A stretch of 64,000 nucleotides of DNA from Chrysomallon squamiferum. Taxonomy: Eukaryota; Animalia; Mollusca. Location of the stretch: positions 6,448,001 to 6,512,000 of the forward strand of contig CM022670.1 in assembly GCA_012295275.1 (NCBI GenBank), given 5' to 3'. Below, piece by piece: positions 13,816-28,846 of this stretch. A program made the translations under genes and the position numbers. Under the pieces are notes generated by a model. That model was not told the origin of the DNA and made no database searches. It worked only from the letters and a program-made list of their open reading frames with translations. Position 1 is the first letter of the stretch. Every line of letters starts with the position of its first letter.

Positions 13816-15989
13816 AGAAAGAAAACCTATATATAATCATTCTATGTATATATGTCTTCCTGGTCATCTAACCTTATTTGATTATGTGTAGGAGTATTTA
13901 CATTTATTTATTTATTTTTTATTTTTATTTATTTACTTATTTATTTACTTATAATTTATTATTATTATTTCAGTTTTTTTTATTTATTATTTATTTACTG
14001 GGGGGTGATTTTCTCTTGGTTCTTTTGTGCGTGTGTTTTATTATTTCTTTTTATATTTTTTTTTTTTGTTACTCATATTTCATTTTGCCTTTAATAAAAT
14101 GCTTTTCCACGTCAAACCTTCACGTTTACAACACAACGTCTTCGTTTTTATAACTGATTGATTGGATAAAAATAATAATAAAAACAGCCTACTTCAGAAC
14201 CTTTTTGCTCTTTCCGCAGAGCAGAAATAACACATAAGACAATGTACAAATATCTTTGCTATAAATTTCACTCAAGCGACTTGAAGAGTTTCTGAATAAA
14301 TATCTTACACTACAAACGCGATCGCATTCGATCGACGCGTTTCAGCTCATTGAGTAGTTGAAATCGTTAAACGTTTTTCTCCGTCATAATAGCCGCCGTT
14401 CGCAAACCGTCGAAAAATTGATGTTCATTAAAACCAGAATATAAACAGCGAGCTGCAGGGGTCAGCGTTTTTACAAGATTAAAGATCTCCGTGAGCAATC
14501 CTTCTAACAAAGCTTCCCCCGTTCGACATGGATTTGTTCGTCCGTGCAGTTGTCATGCGTCATTGATTGACTGGCAGGTCGATAGTGCACATAATGCGCG
14601 CTACACGGACCAACACAATAGCAATGTCAATACTTTACAGTTGTTTTTGCCTTGAGCGTTTCTACGTCACTTTGTGTTTTGTGTGTGTGTGTGTGTGTGT
14701 GTGTTGTCGTCGTATCCAGGAAAAACGACGGCTTCGACTGGAGGCAACATCGGCAATCAGTGAAATTCTGTCTGCAATCAGAACCAGCCACTGGAATCAA
14801 AACACAGTTTTCTCAGTAATGCATTTCCTCAGAGAGAAAGACAGAGAGAAAATAAAATTAAAAAAATACGACGCTCGACAGGAACTGTTTTGTACAAAAG
14901 ATTGAGATAAATCTATAAACATAACAAGCCATTTAAGCCTCCCGCCGCTGAACATCGCTTTCCTGTAGGTCGTGATGGGCCGCAAACTGAGTAAATAGGT
15001 TTAAAAATTCGTAAATGGGATTTTAAACTGTTAGAAAAACAAACTCAGAAGTTACTGTCACTGCTTGTTAAATATCGTCCTTGTCATGCAGACGTTGTTT
15101 GTGATGACGTGCACGTCAGAAGTAATCAGTTAATAAACACTGTCATTAATACAGTTTGATTTACTAACAATCACAGTATTTATCTTACTGCCATGTAGCT
15201 GCAATACGGCAGTTATCGGTAACGTCAAATAAAGCGTCGTTGTATTTGAGTTTTCGATCCCTTTTCCAATCGTTAGCGTTGTATTGTATCTTCCAATCAC
15301 TGAAAAGACACTGACATAATCATCACTAGAACATAACTGGATCTAGATGCATCAAACTTATTACGTCATATCTACGGTAAAACTCCAAATTTTAATTCAG
15401 CGAAAAACATGGACTGTTGAAATATTCCTTTCAGATTTCTCCATTTTTTTTTTTTTTTTTCTCACTTCACTGCTTGATTTAGTCATTTTCTCTGTAGTAA
15501 AATTTTTAATTTTCTTTTAAAAAGAAACAGAAAGAAAACAAATTTTTACTTGATTTTGTTTTTGTTCACATAAAAATTGTATTCCATGCGGGAATAATCA
15601 GCAAAGAACGGATATTTTTTAATTTGTTTTTTATTTTTTGTAAGTGAAAGAAAAATATTGATTAGGGAAACTGTAACTTGATCTGTTGCAAGTAATACAA
15701 ATATACATTTGATCTAAAAACAATTTAAAAATAAAAAAATATATAAAATAATTAAAATAATAATTTCAAAAACACAGCTACACACAAAAAAAAAAAAAAA
15801 AAGAAAGAAAGAAACTCATGTAATTTAAATTTAAATTTAATTTCTAGTTTATATTTTTGTTGGACATATTTGTCTTTTCACTTCTTCGGTGATGAAACCT
15901 GTGAATAAATAAATGAATTTGTTAACGACAAAAATAAATTTGAATATATTAGTGATTATTAGGAACCTTAGGTAGAAATCATTTGTGAA

Positions 15990-16220
15990 ATGAAATCTGT
16001 TAACTCCGTTCCATGGACTACTTTTCACTGTTAACAGAAAGATATATTTAAATGTGACATTCCCAAGAACAGGAAACTGAAATACAATAGCCTAGGCTAG
16101 AAAAGCCAGAAATGGACTGGTATAGAAAAGGTACAATGCGTGAACAAACGAGTGAGGAATTTTAGGACATATCACACAAATCCGACCAATGCCCTAACCA
16201 CTAGGCTATGTCAGTACTTG
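15990..16220 (-). mobile_element. Decayed tRNA-derived SINE
   Basis: Minus strand starts with A-box-like TAGCCTAGTGGTTAGGGC. The body TTCCTGTTCTTGGGAATGT...AAAGTAGTCCATG resembles 13105-13130 and, from memory only, the central domain of molluscan Nin-type SINEs. Confidence 0.5.
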
Positions 16221-17014
16221 TACTGCTGCGTGGAATTTCTATAAATAGCAGATAAGTGACGACACATCGTAATTTATCAACACTTTCTTTTACAAGTAAT
16301 TTCAAAGGGACAGACAGACACTGGTTAATTTTTAATGTCCTTTTTAAAAACACAAAGATATCCTTATTGCACTTTATCTTCGCACGTGGTGGTTTTGTAA
16401 GGAACTAATCAAGAATAACTTTCAGTGTTTTCACACGTACGTAATTACAAATACTAGTTAAGAACGGTCAGTGTCTTGTACTAGTGTTAACCTCTCGCTG
16501 TGTGTAGTAGTTGTAGTGTTTGTCTAAGAAGCTGTTACAGCCACTGTCCTCGTGTTTTCGTTGATCAGTTTTCCACTTCGTGACCGGCAGATGAAGGTTT
16601 GTGGTAGGAGCTGTCCTGTAAGTGTGTGTTACACACAAAAGAGGGTTTAGTTTCAGCCGTTGTAAGTAGTCAATGAATTGACGACAGCGCTTTTTCTGTA
16701 TCTTCATTCCACCAAACACCACAGACACTCTCACAAACCGTTAATACTGAAAAATGTTAAGAAATCTTCATTAACTTCAGTACTATAATGTAATTTAAAT
16801 AATCCTATTAGTTTATAATTTAAACACAAGAGGTCAGTGACTCAGTCTGCTGTACAGACAGCAGTAGTGTTAGTCAGTGAGACTTGTTATCTTGAAACCA
16901 TTAACTTGATTTATCCGTGCTATTACACTCTGAGCTATCTAACTGAGCAATCAGATTCCTGTATTAATTAATATAACAAAAAAAGTCTGAGTTAGTCAAA
17001 GAAGAGCTGGCCTC

Positions 17015-17465
17015 TTGTAATATTATTAATATTGCGTAATATCAACATCTTCTAATACTATCAGTATCTTGTAATATCGTCAGTGTTGTGTAATATTATC
17101 AATGTGGTGTAATTTGATTGATATATTGTAATATTATCAATATCGTGTAATATCAATATCTTGTAATATTGTCAGTGTTGTGTAATATTATCAATTTTTT
17201 ATATTTCTAGTCATATTTTGTAATACCATCGTTAACTTGTTGTCAATATCAGTAAAGTAATAATGTTTTGTTATATTACCAATAACTTATAAAGTTGTCA
17301 ATATCTATAAAATTATCATATTTTGTAAAATCATTATTAACTTGTAAAGTGGTCATATTTTGTAAAATCATTATTAACTTGTAAAGTGGTCATATTTTGT
17401 AAAATCATAATTAACTTGTAAAGTGGACACATTTTGTAATATCATTATTAACGTGTAAAGTGGTC
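17015..17465. repeat. Minisatellite: ~19-bp TGTAATAT units grading into a 37-bp unit (x4)
   Basis: CATATTTTGTAAAATCATTATTAACTTGTAAAGTGGT at 17317, 17354, 17391 and 17428, with more degenerate half-units upstream. Confidence 0.85.
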
Positions 17466-17640
17466 AGTGTCTAATACCAACCAGTGGTTCTGGTGTAGCT
17501 GGTGTCCTTGCGAGGATTTTCTTCTTGTCTGACTGTTCACTGCAGCCAGCGTCCAGACTCACAAGTGTTGTTTTCTGTCACACACATCTGTGAGCTGTGA
17601 CCCCAGGACACCAATTTCACAAGTTAAATACTACTCAAGA

Positions 17641-18015
17641 GGCCCTCTAGCTCAAACCGATCATGACATGATGACATGTTTGTATGATCCGAGCAAAACT
17701 GTAAGGACACGAGTTCGAATCTCTGTATCTAGTGCAATCATTAGAAAGTTAGATTGCATGGAATGAAGGCGTTTTATCTTAAGCTACGATTTAACGTTTC
17801 AGATAGTTGCTCGGTACTTATTCTGGACAATGGAACAGCGTGTATTAAATTAACAAATGGTTAAATTAATTAGAAATCTAGTATCGCTACAATTAATAAA
17901 TATTTAAAGTGAATGGATTCTCTCTAAAGTTACAATGTCTAAAGTAGTAACTCGATACCCAGAGCCGACTTAAAATGTTCCTATGAAAATAAGTGTAAGA
18001 TAAACCACTACTATC
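17641..18015 (+). mobile_element. tRNA-derived SINE-like element
   Basis: A-box-like TAGCTCAAACCG (17648) and B-box GAGTTCGAATCTC (17711). It does not fold into a cloverleaf. The 3' limit is approximate. Confidence 0.35.
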
Positions 18016-19605
18016 TCACTAACATCATTTCCACTATATATTTCATCGTAGGAGGCTTTTGTCCTATCTTGTTTTTTCACTGTGGAGGATTGTCCTTTGA
18101 TGCAAATCCTCTGAGGGCTTTTGTCGCCTGTGCATTTTTGGACTGGGCGGGGGCTTGTGTCCTACATTGACTAAAACGCAGTATTTGCACTGTACGTGAC
18201 AGTAACGTAAACTGACACAGACCAGAACTGCAGACAGCAGAGTGAGCAGTGTCAGAGTTTTCAAACACCTCACTACTCACAGCTGACAGCGAGTGTAAAA
18301 CAAGACAACTTCAGTTATTAACTCTGCAGACTCACTGTTAACGTGCACTTCAGCTACAACAACAACTTAAAAAATTATTCAATAATAGTGAACTTTTCTC
18401 TTTTCTTTATTGTGTACTTTTTAATATGTTTTTAATTTTTTTTTTTTTTTTTTTTTTTTTTTTGTCTGCCTTGGAAATAAAAACACATTTCAATTAAGTT
18501 AACTGTTAAACGCTTAAGAAAGCTGTAATCGTTTACTTTATTCCTTATTGCTTTAGAACTGCTTTGTTTGGTTTATTAATAATTTTATTTTTCAAACCTG
18601 AACATCGCTGTTTTTATGGACTCGAGATGTTTTCGCAAAACGTGTCGCGGATATTTGTTATTTGTTATTACACAGAGAGCGATTACTAACAACGTCGTCA
18701 TGGCTGTGTTTGAAGAAGAAGAAAAAACTAATACATGAGCTGTAAAGAACGAAGAAGAAGAAAAAAATAGCAATAAAATACTGACTGCACATTATTAAGT
18801 AATCTTTGACACTGGAGGACACGACTTACTGCTTCGTTTTAGCCGATCGTTTTTCAATCTGTGACCGCCTCGGGTCAAAGTGAAACTCAAATTGACTGAC
18901 TTGTAATGAAAGAACGTATTCTTTAATTTTTAATTAAGACGAACACTCTTCACTCATCGATATTTTGCAAAATGCCATCGCGTTGAGTGGTGATCATAAG
19001 CCAGGAGAGGCAGTGATGATGATCCATTTTTAGCCAGCTTCTCGTTAGAACATCCCGTCAGATCGATACCCTAAGACAGTTACTAATATAGCGTCGTTTA
19101 CAAAGTTTCAACAAGTTATTAATATAGCCGCGATGAGAGTGTGAAAACCAGTTTTGAGATAGTTACCTATACATTATAGCAACGACACCATTACAAATAT
19201 TCACACTGAAGACAGCTATACTGCATATTATGACTGAAGCGTTTTAAATAGCAGTTAAATATGCAGCAACGACGATGCCACAAACACCATACATAACAAT
19301 ACGAATCACACAAACTAAAGATGAAATTAATATGACAACGTCATTCTGTTAATTATCAATATAGTGACAAAAACGACGTCGTTTGATATTTGAATAGCAG
19401 AGACATCATTTCCAGCTTTATGTGATTGATACAACATAGCTGTTCTGACGTTACAAGATTTCAACGACTTCTATAACAACCACGTCTAATATAAATACAA
19501 CGACAAGTTAATATTACCATTATAAATATTAAGTTCAAATATTTATTTTATTTTTTTGATTGGTGATACCAATATAAAATAATGAAACAGTTTTGAGAAA
19601 TTATT

Positions 19606-19607
<2 letters not shown>

Positions 19608-19690
<83 letters not shown>
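19608..19690. repeat. (CA)n microsatellite
   Basis: Direct reading. Similar CA/TG tracts occur at about 5119-5180, 7218-7264, 9519-9579, 30413-30461 and 63519-63552. Confidence 0.95.
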
Positions 19691-19697
<7 letters not shown>

Positions 19698-20479
19698 AGC
19701 CTAAGTCTCCTTCTGCCAAAACAAAATTTCAACTTAATCATTGCACTTTCGGGGATATATCCTTACATTAAAATATTTATTCCATTTTTATTTTTATCTT
19801 TGTTTTCTTTTTCGTCAACATTATCATTATCATCATCTTTTTTTTTTTTTTTTTTTTTTTTTTTCTATAATCTGTTTGGACTAATACGAGACACATAATT
19901 ATTAATCTTATTTATAAACCTCTGTGTAAGAACGAGCTGAGTCCCGTGGGCACGTGACGTCGACAGAGGAGAGGACCACGCCTGCACTGGCACGCAGGCT
20001 GCTGTTGGTTGTGGTGGACATTAAACCTACTTCACAAAACGATCTGGCGCGTGCCACGCCGCCTGTCAGAGATCTACTGGATTTCTCGCCATCCACCTGA
20101 TCCCGGTTCGGATTAGCGCGTGCAGATGGAACTCTCCAGTCATTAAAACATCACAATATTGTCTCACCGGAAGTGATAAATGTCAAGCAGGGAAATTCTT
20201 CAGTCGAGAGTTTGACAGGACTGGAAAATGTCGATGACACATTCGCGTTGCAAATTTCTTCTTTTAGCCGTCGTTAAAACGTATCTGCGGCGGTGTGTGA
20301 ATGTAGTTTTTTATATTTCAAATGATGACAATAATTAAGTACAGATATACAATAACGAGATAGTGAGCGACTCATAACACTTCTCTGTTTTCGTGACATC
20401 ATTTTATAGTAAAAAATGTTCAAAGATTCCTACAGTTCTATAGTTATTTATTTAGACCATGAAAGTTGAAAAAAAAAAA

Positions 20480-20512
<33 letters not shown>

Positions 20513-21677
20513 AAAAATAATGGAGAAATAAAAATATGTTATTTTATTATTAGCAACAACAAAAAACAACAACAAATAAAACAAAAATAAAACAATAATT
20601 TGGAAGTATACAACATATATTTAAGACATTTCTTAATATATATTATACAGTCGCTGTTTTTGGGGGGTTATTCTGTTTTTATTTATTTATTATTATTATT
20701 TTTTTATATTTAGTTTATTTTTTTTTTTTTCAATTGTACTTTACTATTGTGATTAATGACATTTCAGCGTGTTGCGTAACTGCGGACTCAGATTCAACTG
20801 CAGGTTTTAATCATCAGCTAATAAACGAATGAATGTTTTACGATGATACAGCACAAAAAAGAAAGAAATCTCATTATTGTAGAGATGAAACAACAATAAA
20901 ATACATAATTAATGACTTTGTTTAATTATCGACGTTTAGATTAGCTACATGCTAAATTCGTCGTCATGGTTACAAAGAAGGTTTCGTGTGATACATCTTC
21001 TAAATTAAAATTAAATTAAATTATAAAAAGTTTTATGTGCGTGTGTGTCAGATACAGATATAGATATGTATGTTGGCACTGCTTGCATATTTCACACAGC
21101 TTTCAAACATATTTTTTCCATTGCATTATATTACTAGTATACGTGTTTACTTAAATTTAAAGGTATAAGTGATATCATAGTTGTTGTTTTTTTTTTTTTT
21201 TACATAAAGTATAGTCATTTAATTTTTACATTTCACAAATTCTGAGGTACTTAATTTAATCTCAGTTTTATTCTTTAGTCATAACATGCTCGATCTTTCA
21301 GCGTTCAATAATTAAAATGCTTCACCAGGTACATTACACTGAGTCGCGTTAATTGAGGTCAAAGTTCAGATCACCAAGGAGTAAATAATTCTTTTCGCCT
21401 GATTGGTTTTAATTATCTGTGGGGGGGGAACTGCTTGTTAAAACAAGTAAGTTAATTAATATTTTACATTCCAGATTTTTTAAATTGAAACAAATTATAC
21501 GGTCTAAAAATAAAATTTATAAGGTTTTTAAATACTTAAGAAATAGATTTGTGCTTATGTGTGTAATAATTCTTTTTTAGATTTATAATCAAATGTGAAA
21601 TTGAAATATTAACTAAATGGCATGTTGTTTTTGTTTCATTAATTTAATATCATTACTCTTTTTTCTTGCTCTGTCTT

Positions 21678-21708
<31 letters not shown>

Positions 21709-21723
21709 TTATTATTATTATTG

Positions 21724-21766
<43 letters not shown>

Positions 21767-22344
21767 TTTGTCAGACTACCAAACGTTAATATCATCTTCA
21801 ACAGGAAATAATACTGTACACTGTAACCACATGTGTTTTCAGTTCGCTTAAAACCATGTACAAGTAAATTGCTATTTAGCTTTGTGATCAGAAACTAACA
21901 TTATTATGAGTTTTAAAATCTATAATTATTTTAGAAGTGAAACCCGAACTGTTACTAATTAAACTAATTAACAAATGACAGGATCCGATCTTCGTTACGT
22001 GTAGGGGGAGATGGTAGGTAGTTCTAAATACACAAAATGTACCTGTATGAAGAAGTACTCATAGCTGAAACGTACACACACGCACACGCACATTCACAAA
22101 CATATACAAATACACACAAACACATTAACGTACACATACACACACAAACAAATACAAGAACACACACACACAAACACACATACAAAAGACTGCTTTTTTG
22201 TTCGTGCGAGTTAGCAGTTAAAATGAATGTAAAAAATATTAATAATGATTATTACTATTGTTGTTCTTGTTTTTGTTCTGCTTGTTCTTCTTGATCTTCT
22301 TTTTCTTCTTCTTGTTATTGTTGTTATTATTATTATTATTATTA

Positions 22345-22396
<52 letters not shown>

Positions 22397-24871
22397 GAGA
22401 ATATGTATTTTACAGGCTGGAGCTTTATGCAAACACACACACACACACACATACATACATGCTTACATAATTACACACAGAAAAACAGAGCAAGGGTTGG
22501 AATTGATGAAACCTCAAAGTTCATCCAGTCTTAGGCTATCTCACGGAAACACGGGAGTTGGTTTTGCTCTGATGACTGTAATTATACTAGTTAAATTAGT
22601 TGATTCCTCCCCAGTGTGAAGACTACACAAACTGACAGATCAGCGAGTTTGGTAATGTAGGAATACCGCAAAGAACAGAGATGAGACAACAACTGTCTGA
22701 AGAGAGAGAGTAGAGTGCACTGCGAGAAGATTCGAGCCAATTATAGATTGTAACACCAAACAGCTGCTTTTTGCCGCCTCTGCACAACAAACTCTTTCTT
22801 GACCACGCTGCTTTGATGGCGATGGTAAAACGTTTCTTGCCTTCGGTAGGAATTAGTTTGTATTAATGTCAGATGCAGTTGATGAAAGCTGGAATGAAAT
22901 GTGAAATATTGACGAGTTTGGAAAATCGAGAGACACTTAAAAATGTCGTCTGTTAGTCAGACGATTTGATCAGTTGATTAGAAGAAGAAAAATGGTTTAA
23001 GAGTTGAGAAAATTAACTCCAGCAGACTCTGGTAATTGTTTCCGATCACTGTTTAACGACGATTATGTCACAGAGTAATGATGAGACGATGCTGAAAAAG
23101 ATTAGTTTTCGTCCCGCCGCAAGCTACGTGTTAGAAAACTACAGAGTGGCAGTCCTCCTACAGTTGTTACGTTACGTTATTGTTAACCTCTGTTTGAGTC
23201 AACACGTAATGACTGAATATTATAGTTTAAGAGAGAGAAATACATTTGTTACTAACAGTATTTTTATACACATCTCGTGTAGGTATTTCAGGCTGCTTTT
23301 CCTTCTACACAGGATCAAGGTAGACTGAGGCTGTTACGAACTGTTATAATGTTTGAGGTTTAGAAATCGCACTACAACTGTCAAGTTGTCATGACAGTTA
23401 ATGTAATACTCAGGAGATGCTAATATAAGCCAGAGACAAGCAGAAGTTGCCAAATACCAAATATTCAGCATCAGTTTTCAAAACTAGTTGTGTTAGTTAA
23501 GTAAATACCTCTACACATTTCGTCTAATTTAGAAAATAAAGGTTTCTCATTCAGTCATTCATTCTAGAGCTAACTAACCATGTGTAACGACTTTTTGAAA
23601 TCTAGAGTGTAAGAGTAATCAAAGAAAACGAAATATTAAAATAATTAAATGTAATATGGGTTACAGTTTCTAGAATTATTTTCTGTTTTTGGCTTCATGA
23701 CTGAATGTCAGAGCGATGTAAAGACTTTATAAGTTTTAATTAGGTACATCGTGGATGTACGTCTTGGTTCGGATAAGTTCAAGTGAAGAGGTCTGCACTA
23801 ATTTAACACTTACAGCGACATTTTGCAAATTTATACACATTTTGTCGTAAATTGTTATATTTCAGAATTGTCTTAATTATATTATTATTATTAGTTTATT
23901 TTTATTTATTTTTCTTCAGTTTTTGCACGTCTTGTTCATGTAATTTGTCACGTGAGATAAAACGTTTTTCTCCGTGTACGTAACTGACGTTTGAGAAATT
24001 CACTGTCATCTTACTGATACCAATTACCTTTCTTCTTCAAAACATAAACTGAATTATGTCCCTTCTGAAAGAGAATTACCTCCCTTCATAAACATATCTA
24101 CGGCGTCGTTTTGTTAATACAAATCATATTGACGCCATTTTGTTGTGAGCAATTAAATTACGTGTTATTTGTCTGTCATATCAACACTAATTGCCTGCTA
24201 CGCTTCAAGGCAAATGCTATTAGCAGATGATCAAAGAAAGGCTGGAACAATATGCTAGCCAATACTTCCTCTCTTCACACCACAGGCTCGCAGTAAATCA
24301 TAAGCCCGCAACAAATGCGTAACATGGTTATGCATGAAAATCCCTCCAGAGTTCAGCGCTCATCTGGGTAATTTTAATTAAGTGCACTAATCATTAATTA
24401 GTCCCGGCCTGCCAACACGCTGGTCAATTCCAGACTGGCCACGCGAAGCTGGCTGGAAATGTCCAAACTGTTTGTGGTCATTTTACTGCTGTCTGTCACG
24501 TATGAACGATATGATAGTCCAGTGACGTGATTACGTTTTCACCCGCTCACTTTTCAGAAACGTTCTCTTTGTGCTGAAGTGAAATCTTCAGACGTCTCGT
24601 GTTTTGTAAGATGGCGGACTCTGTAAACAAACACGGGTTTAATTTACTGGATAAATCTGCGCACTGTTCACTAACAAACATCTGTATGTTAATCTGAAAT
24701 CGAGTTCTTTCTGAGAAAGTTTAATTTAGAACTACTTCGGGGATTTCAAATTAAGCCGATGACTGGCGCGATCCGCGACCACGAGGCTATTTTTGACCTG
24801 ATGAACAAAAGCCAGAAATGTGCGTTTGTGTGAGTGTGTGTGTGTGTGTATGTGTGTGTCAGAGAAAGAGT

Positions 24872-24944
<73 letters not shown>

Positions 24945-24963
24945 CAAAGTTTATCTCAACATT

Positions 24964-24997
<34 letters not shown>

Positions 24998-25488
24998 CGA
25001 TGATGATGATGATGATGATGATGATAATAATAATAATATGATGCAGGGTATTGAAAGTTAACGTCTGTACTGAAAAGCAGTTTGAAAGCCCATTACTAGA
25101 TATAAATAAAAGCTGCTAATAGTTTGCTATAAAGATAATAATTTAAAATGAAATCACAATACTTTTAATGTTCTGAATCAAGCAGTGATTAACTTGAAAA
25201 CAGGGCGAAAGAGGACTGCCACTCTCTCAGACATCGCTTCAGAAAATGTGTGTTATTTACATTTTACTGAACAAATAAAATAATTAATCAGTTTTTATTG
25301 CCTATTATATAATATTTTTTAATAATCTGTTTTTCTAATTTTATTTTTAAAAAATACAACTTTTAAACATTTACAATATTAACTCAATGCACATAATTAG
25401 AACACATCTTTAATAGTAATTGCAACTTTAGAAATATTAAAATATGAAATGATAACTGTTTGGTTGGAGGTTTTCTTTTGTTAAATCT

Positions 25489-25590
<102 letters not shown>

Positions 25591-26373
25591 TTCTTCTTAA
25601 CGTACGCTGTATGTTTTGACTTGCATAAAAGTTCTATAAATCAAAACTGTATTTAACACTTTCTGAATCCTGAAAATTAAAGGGCTAAATTTAATGAACA
25701 GAATGAAAGTTTTAATCGTGTTTTTTCTTTTACAGTGTTTTTAATCGCCAGTGCAAAAATAATAAGGAACTATAAAATTAATTAATAATGTGAATAATTT
25801 TTTGTTTGGACTGAACAAGCGTGTAGTTTGGGGTTAAAACAAAGTTAACGAAATGTGATAAATTATCTGAGAAAAGATTTGATTTACAGTCTGCTTCTTC
25901 TACTCTTTGTCTGACGCCGTGAAGCGCATCATCTTGATAACATGACTCAGTCGACATCAGGGTCTTCACGATAACACGCAGCGCGAAGCCACAGGGCTAC
26001 GCAGCGGCGAACGCACACGGAATGACACGAATATATGCGATGATTGACGAACGCTAAACTTGTAGGGTTTTGGCTGCATGATTTGTTCACGGTGTCGTCC
26101 TCTGTTAGACATCTGTTTTATACAATTAATCGATGGACGTTGTTGGTGTCGTACGGCTTCGACTGATGAAGTCTTTCTTAGATTAATGAACTTTATATTT
26201 AAAGTAATGTCCGTCTGCCTTTACAAAGTGTTTGACCATCTAAACTAAGGTTAATTCTAAGAGATATCGTCTGTGTTTACAAAACACCTTGAGTGTCCTA
26301 ACATTAATATATAACTGAACCCAAACAAACTGTTTCTCAAATTGTTATTAGATTGTTTTTCTATTATGCACAA

Positions 26374-26458
<85 letters not shown>

Positions 26459-26509
26459 ACATAAATCATACATACATACATACTTATATACATACATACA
26501 TACATACAA

Positions 26510-26731
26510 GGCTGTCTTGATATCGGTATCGCCGTCCGCCTTCGGTGTGCGGGCGAATGGGTGTCATACGTTCGATTCTCGTCAGCGGCATTTGACGGTG
26601 TTTGTGAGGTCGTGACTGGACCTTGATTTCCTGCGCCAATACATCCCCGAATATTGTCTATGTGCAGAGTCTAATCAAACGTACACAAGATAGAGAATAT
26701 GCATATATAAATACATGGACACATACATACA
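26510..26731 (+). mobile_element. tRNA-derived SINE-like element between (TACA)n tracts
   Basis: GC-rich head with hairpin CGTCCGC-N9-GCGGGCG and B box GTTCGATTCTC (about 26570). Flanked on both sides by TACA repeats. Confidence 0.45.
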
Positions 26732-28224
26732 CAGTTAATAAAGTGAGAGAATAAATAACCAGTATGAGACTAGATAAACTGTGAGATTATATATATATAT
26801 TTTTTTTTTTTTTGAACAAACATATTACCACAGTTACACAAAACCGTGTCAAACAAATAACCGACAATATTTTTAGGACAGAGTCACGTGACAACACGTC
26901 TTATTAGATTTGTCTTGGTCAAATTAGATAATTACCGGATGACTCGACGGGGGACCTGACGTCGCTGCCGCTGTTTATCTGTCTTCATCTGCCGGCAGCA
27001 CGACGTCCGTTGTTGGGATATGATTACTGGCTAAACCGACGGACGACGGTTTGGTCAGCGGTACTGTAAACCTAGTCACGTGACGTATGTTCGATATATT
27101 ATTATAGAGTCGACCCAATTTTAGTCTGATTTGATCAGTTTGGCTTAGATGGTGTGTGGAGATATTAGAAATGGTTTCTGTTCTGTCATCTTAATTTTAA
27201 ATCAAATGATAACTGAGTAACCGGTTTCTGCTTCAGGATATGTGTCTTACTTGTACAAAGAGGTGGAAAACAGTCGCAGCCATTTGCTTGTAATCCACTT
27301 TCATTTAAAGAGTTCCATTTTTCCAGGCGCTATTTTCGTCAGAGCTTCCTGCAAATGTCAAATTTCATCGGCAGCGAGGCTGTTTTCAAACCAATCCATT
27401 AGAGCCGTGCGACATATTTGTCTGACAATAACGTTAAAGAAAGAATTTTTATGTTTTCTAATATCTATGTTAATCTGATGCCGTTTAGGTTGTCGTCAAA
27501 TTTAATTTGGCGGCATTTTGCAGCGGTAATGACGTTTTCATAATAAAATAACTGTAAAATAGCGAGAAAAATTAATACGAAGAAATAATAACTTGGTTAC
27601 CTCACTGTAAAAAAAATTAACACAAAAAAATATAACAATAAAGTCTTGAGAAAATTAATATAACACAAACTGATATTGTTTAAAAAAAATAATAATAATT
27701 GCAAGAAAAAAGAGAATATTTGGGAATAAATCAGATGTCTTCGGAATGATAACTTTTTCTTGATAATATTTTATTAAAATGTTCAAAGTGATTTAAAACA
27801 AATGCCACAACAATTATTTTAAACGATAGAAAAAAAACAAATACATCATAATTATATTTAAAAAAAAAAACGAAAAGTAAAAACAACAGAACAACAAATT
27901 ATTAAAGAAAAAAAGCTGACAAACGGAACAAACATTTATTGCTAGAAAAATTTTTCGTTTTATTCAAATTAAAAAAAAAAAAAGAAAGAAAAGAAAGAAA
28001 AAATAAACGTACAATTACGTTCTCGCTTCGTACTATTTGATAAATTATATTCTTCACGAGTGAAATTTATTTAATATGTAACAAATATCCAATATTTGAA
28101 GTAAAGTTTTAATTTGGAGGAAATTTTGGCTGCTGTAAGAAATATCACTGTAAAACATGAAATTTAGATAACATTTAGTCATTTTATTTCTTTAAGATAT
28201 TATTATTTTTATTATTTTTATTAC

Positions 28225-28276
<52 letters not shown>

Positions 28277-28846
28277 CGTACATTTAACTGTTAAGTATTG
28301 AAAATTTTCCTAGATATATATTTTTCTTGTTGTGTGTATGTGCGTGTATCAGTTGTTTTAATGACAGTTTGGAAAACAAACGCATAACGTTCAAGAGACG
28401 TTTTATTATCAACACACGAATCTCGTAATGGAGGAGCTGGCAGCGAGGTCCGCCATTTTCACAGCAATCGTGCGCCGTGTGCCGCAGTAAACACGTTTAA
28501 ATTTACATTTAGCAGCGGAGTTATGAAACCACCCCCGATCAGACACAACCGTTTTATATCCTGAGTGGAAGCATAATTCACATTTTACTCCATTTCGCTG
28601 CTCATCGCTCTGCCATTGCTGGAAATACGTCACGCAGAGAACGTGGCATTAATCACGTGACCACGCCGCGTGATGCACTGCAATAAAGGCGATAGGCTGA
28701 CCCTAAAACGTTATATCACGTGGTCATTATGGAAGTTTAAAAAAAAGAAAAGAATCGACGGCTGGTGTGGGCATAGGTTCCAGTACAATTATTTTCAGTT
28801 TTTAATGTGTGTGTGTGCGTGTGTTTTCTTTTTTTTTTTCCTGCAT

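Noticed and set aside
18064-18273. 69-aa minus-strand ORF with a signal-peptide-like N-terminus
   Set aside because: It starts at GTG rather than ATG, matches no recognisable family, and has no supporting exon structure.
24380-24413. Resemblance to miR-92 (GTGCACTA...AGTCCCGGCCTGC)
   Set aside because: The match is interrupted by about 11 nt, the seed is mismatched, and I see no complementary 5' arm for a pre-miRNA.
26510-26600. Functional tRNA gene (also 17641-17730)
   Set aside because: A B box is present, but there is no acceptor stem or cloverleaf. Better explained as SINE heads.
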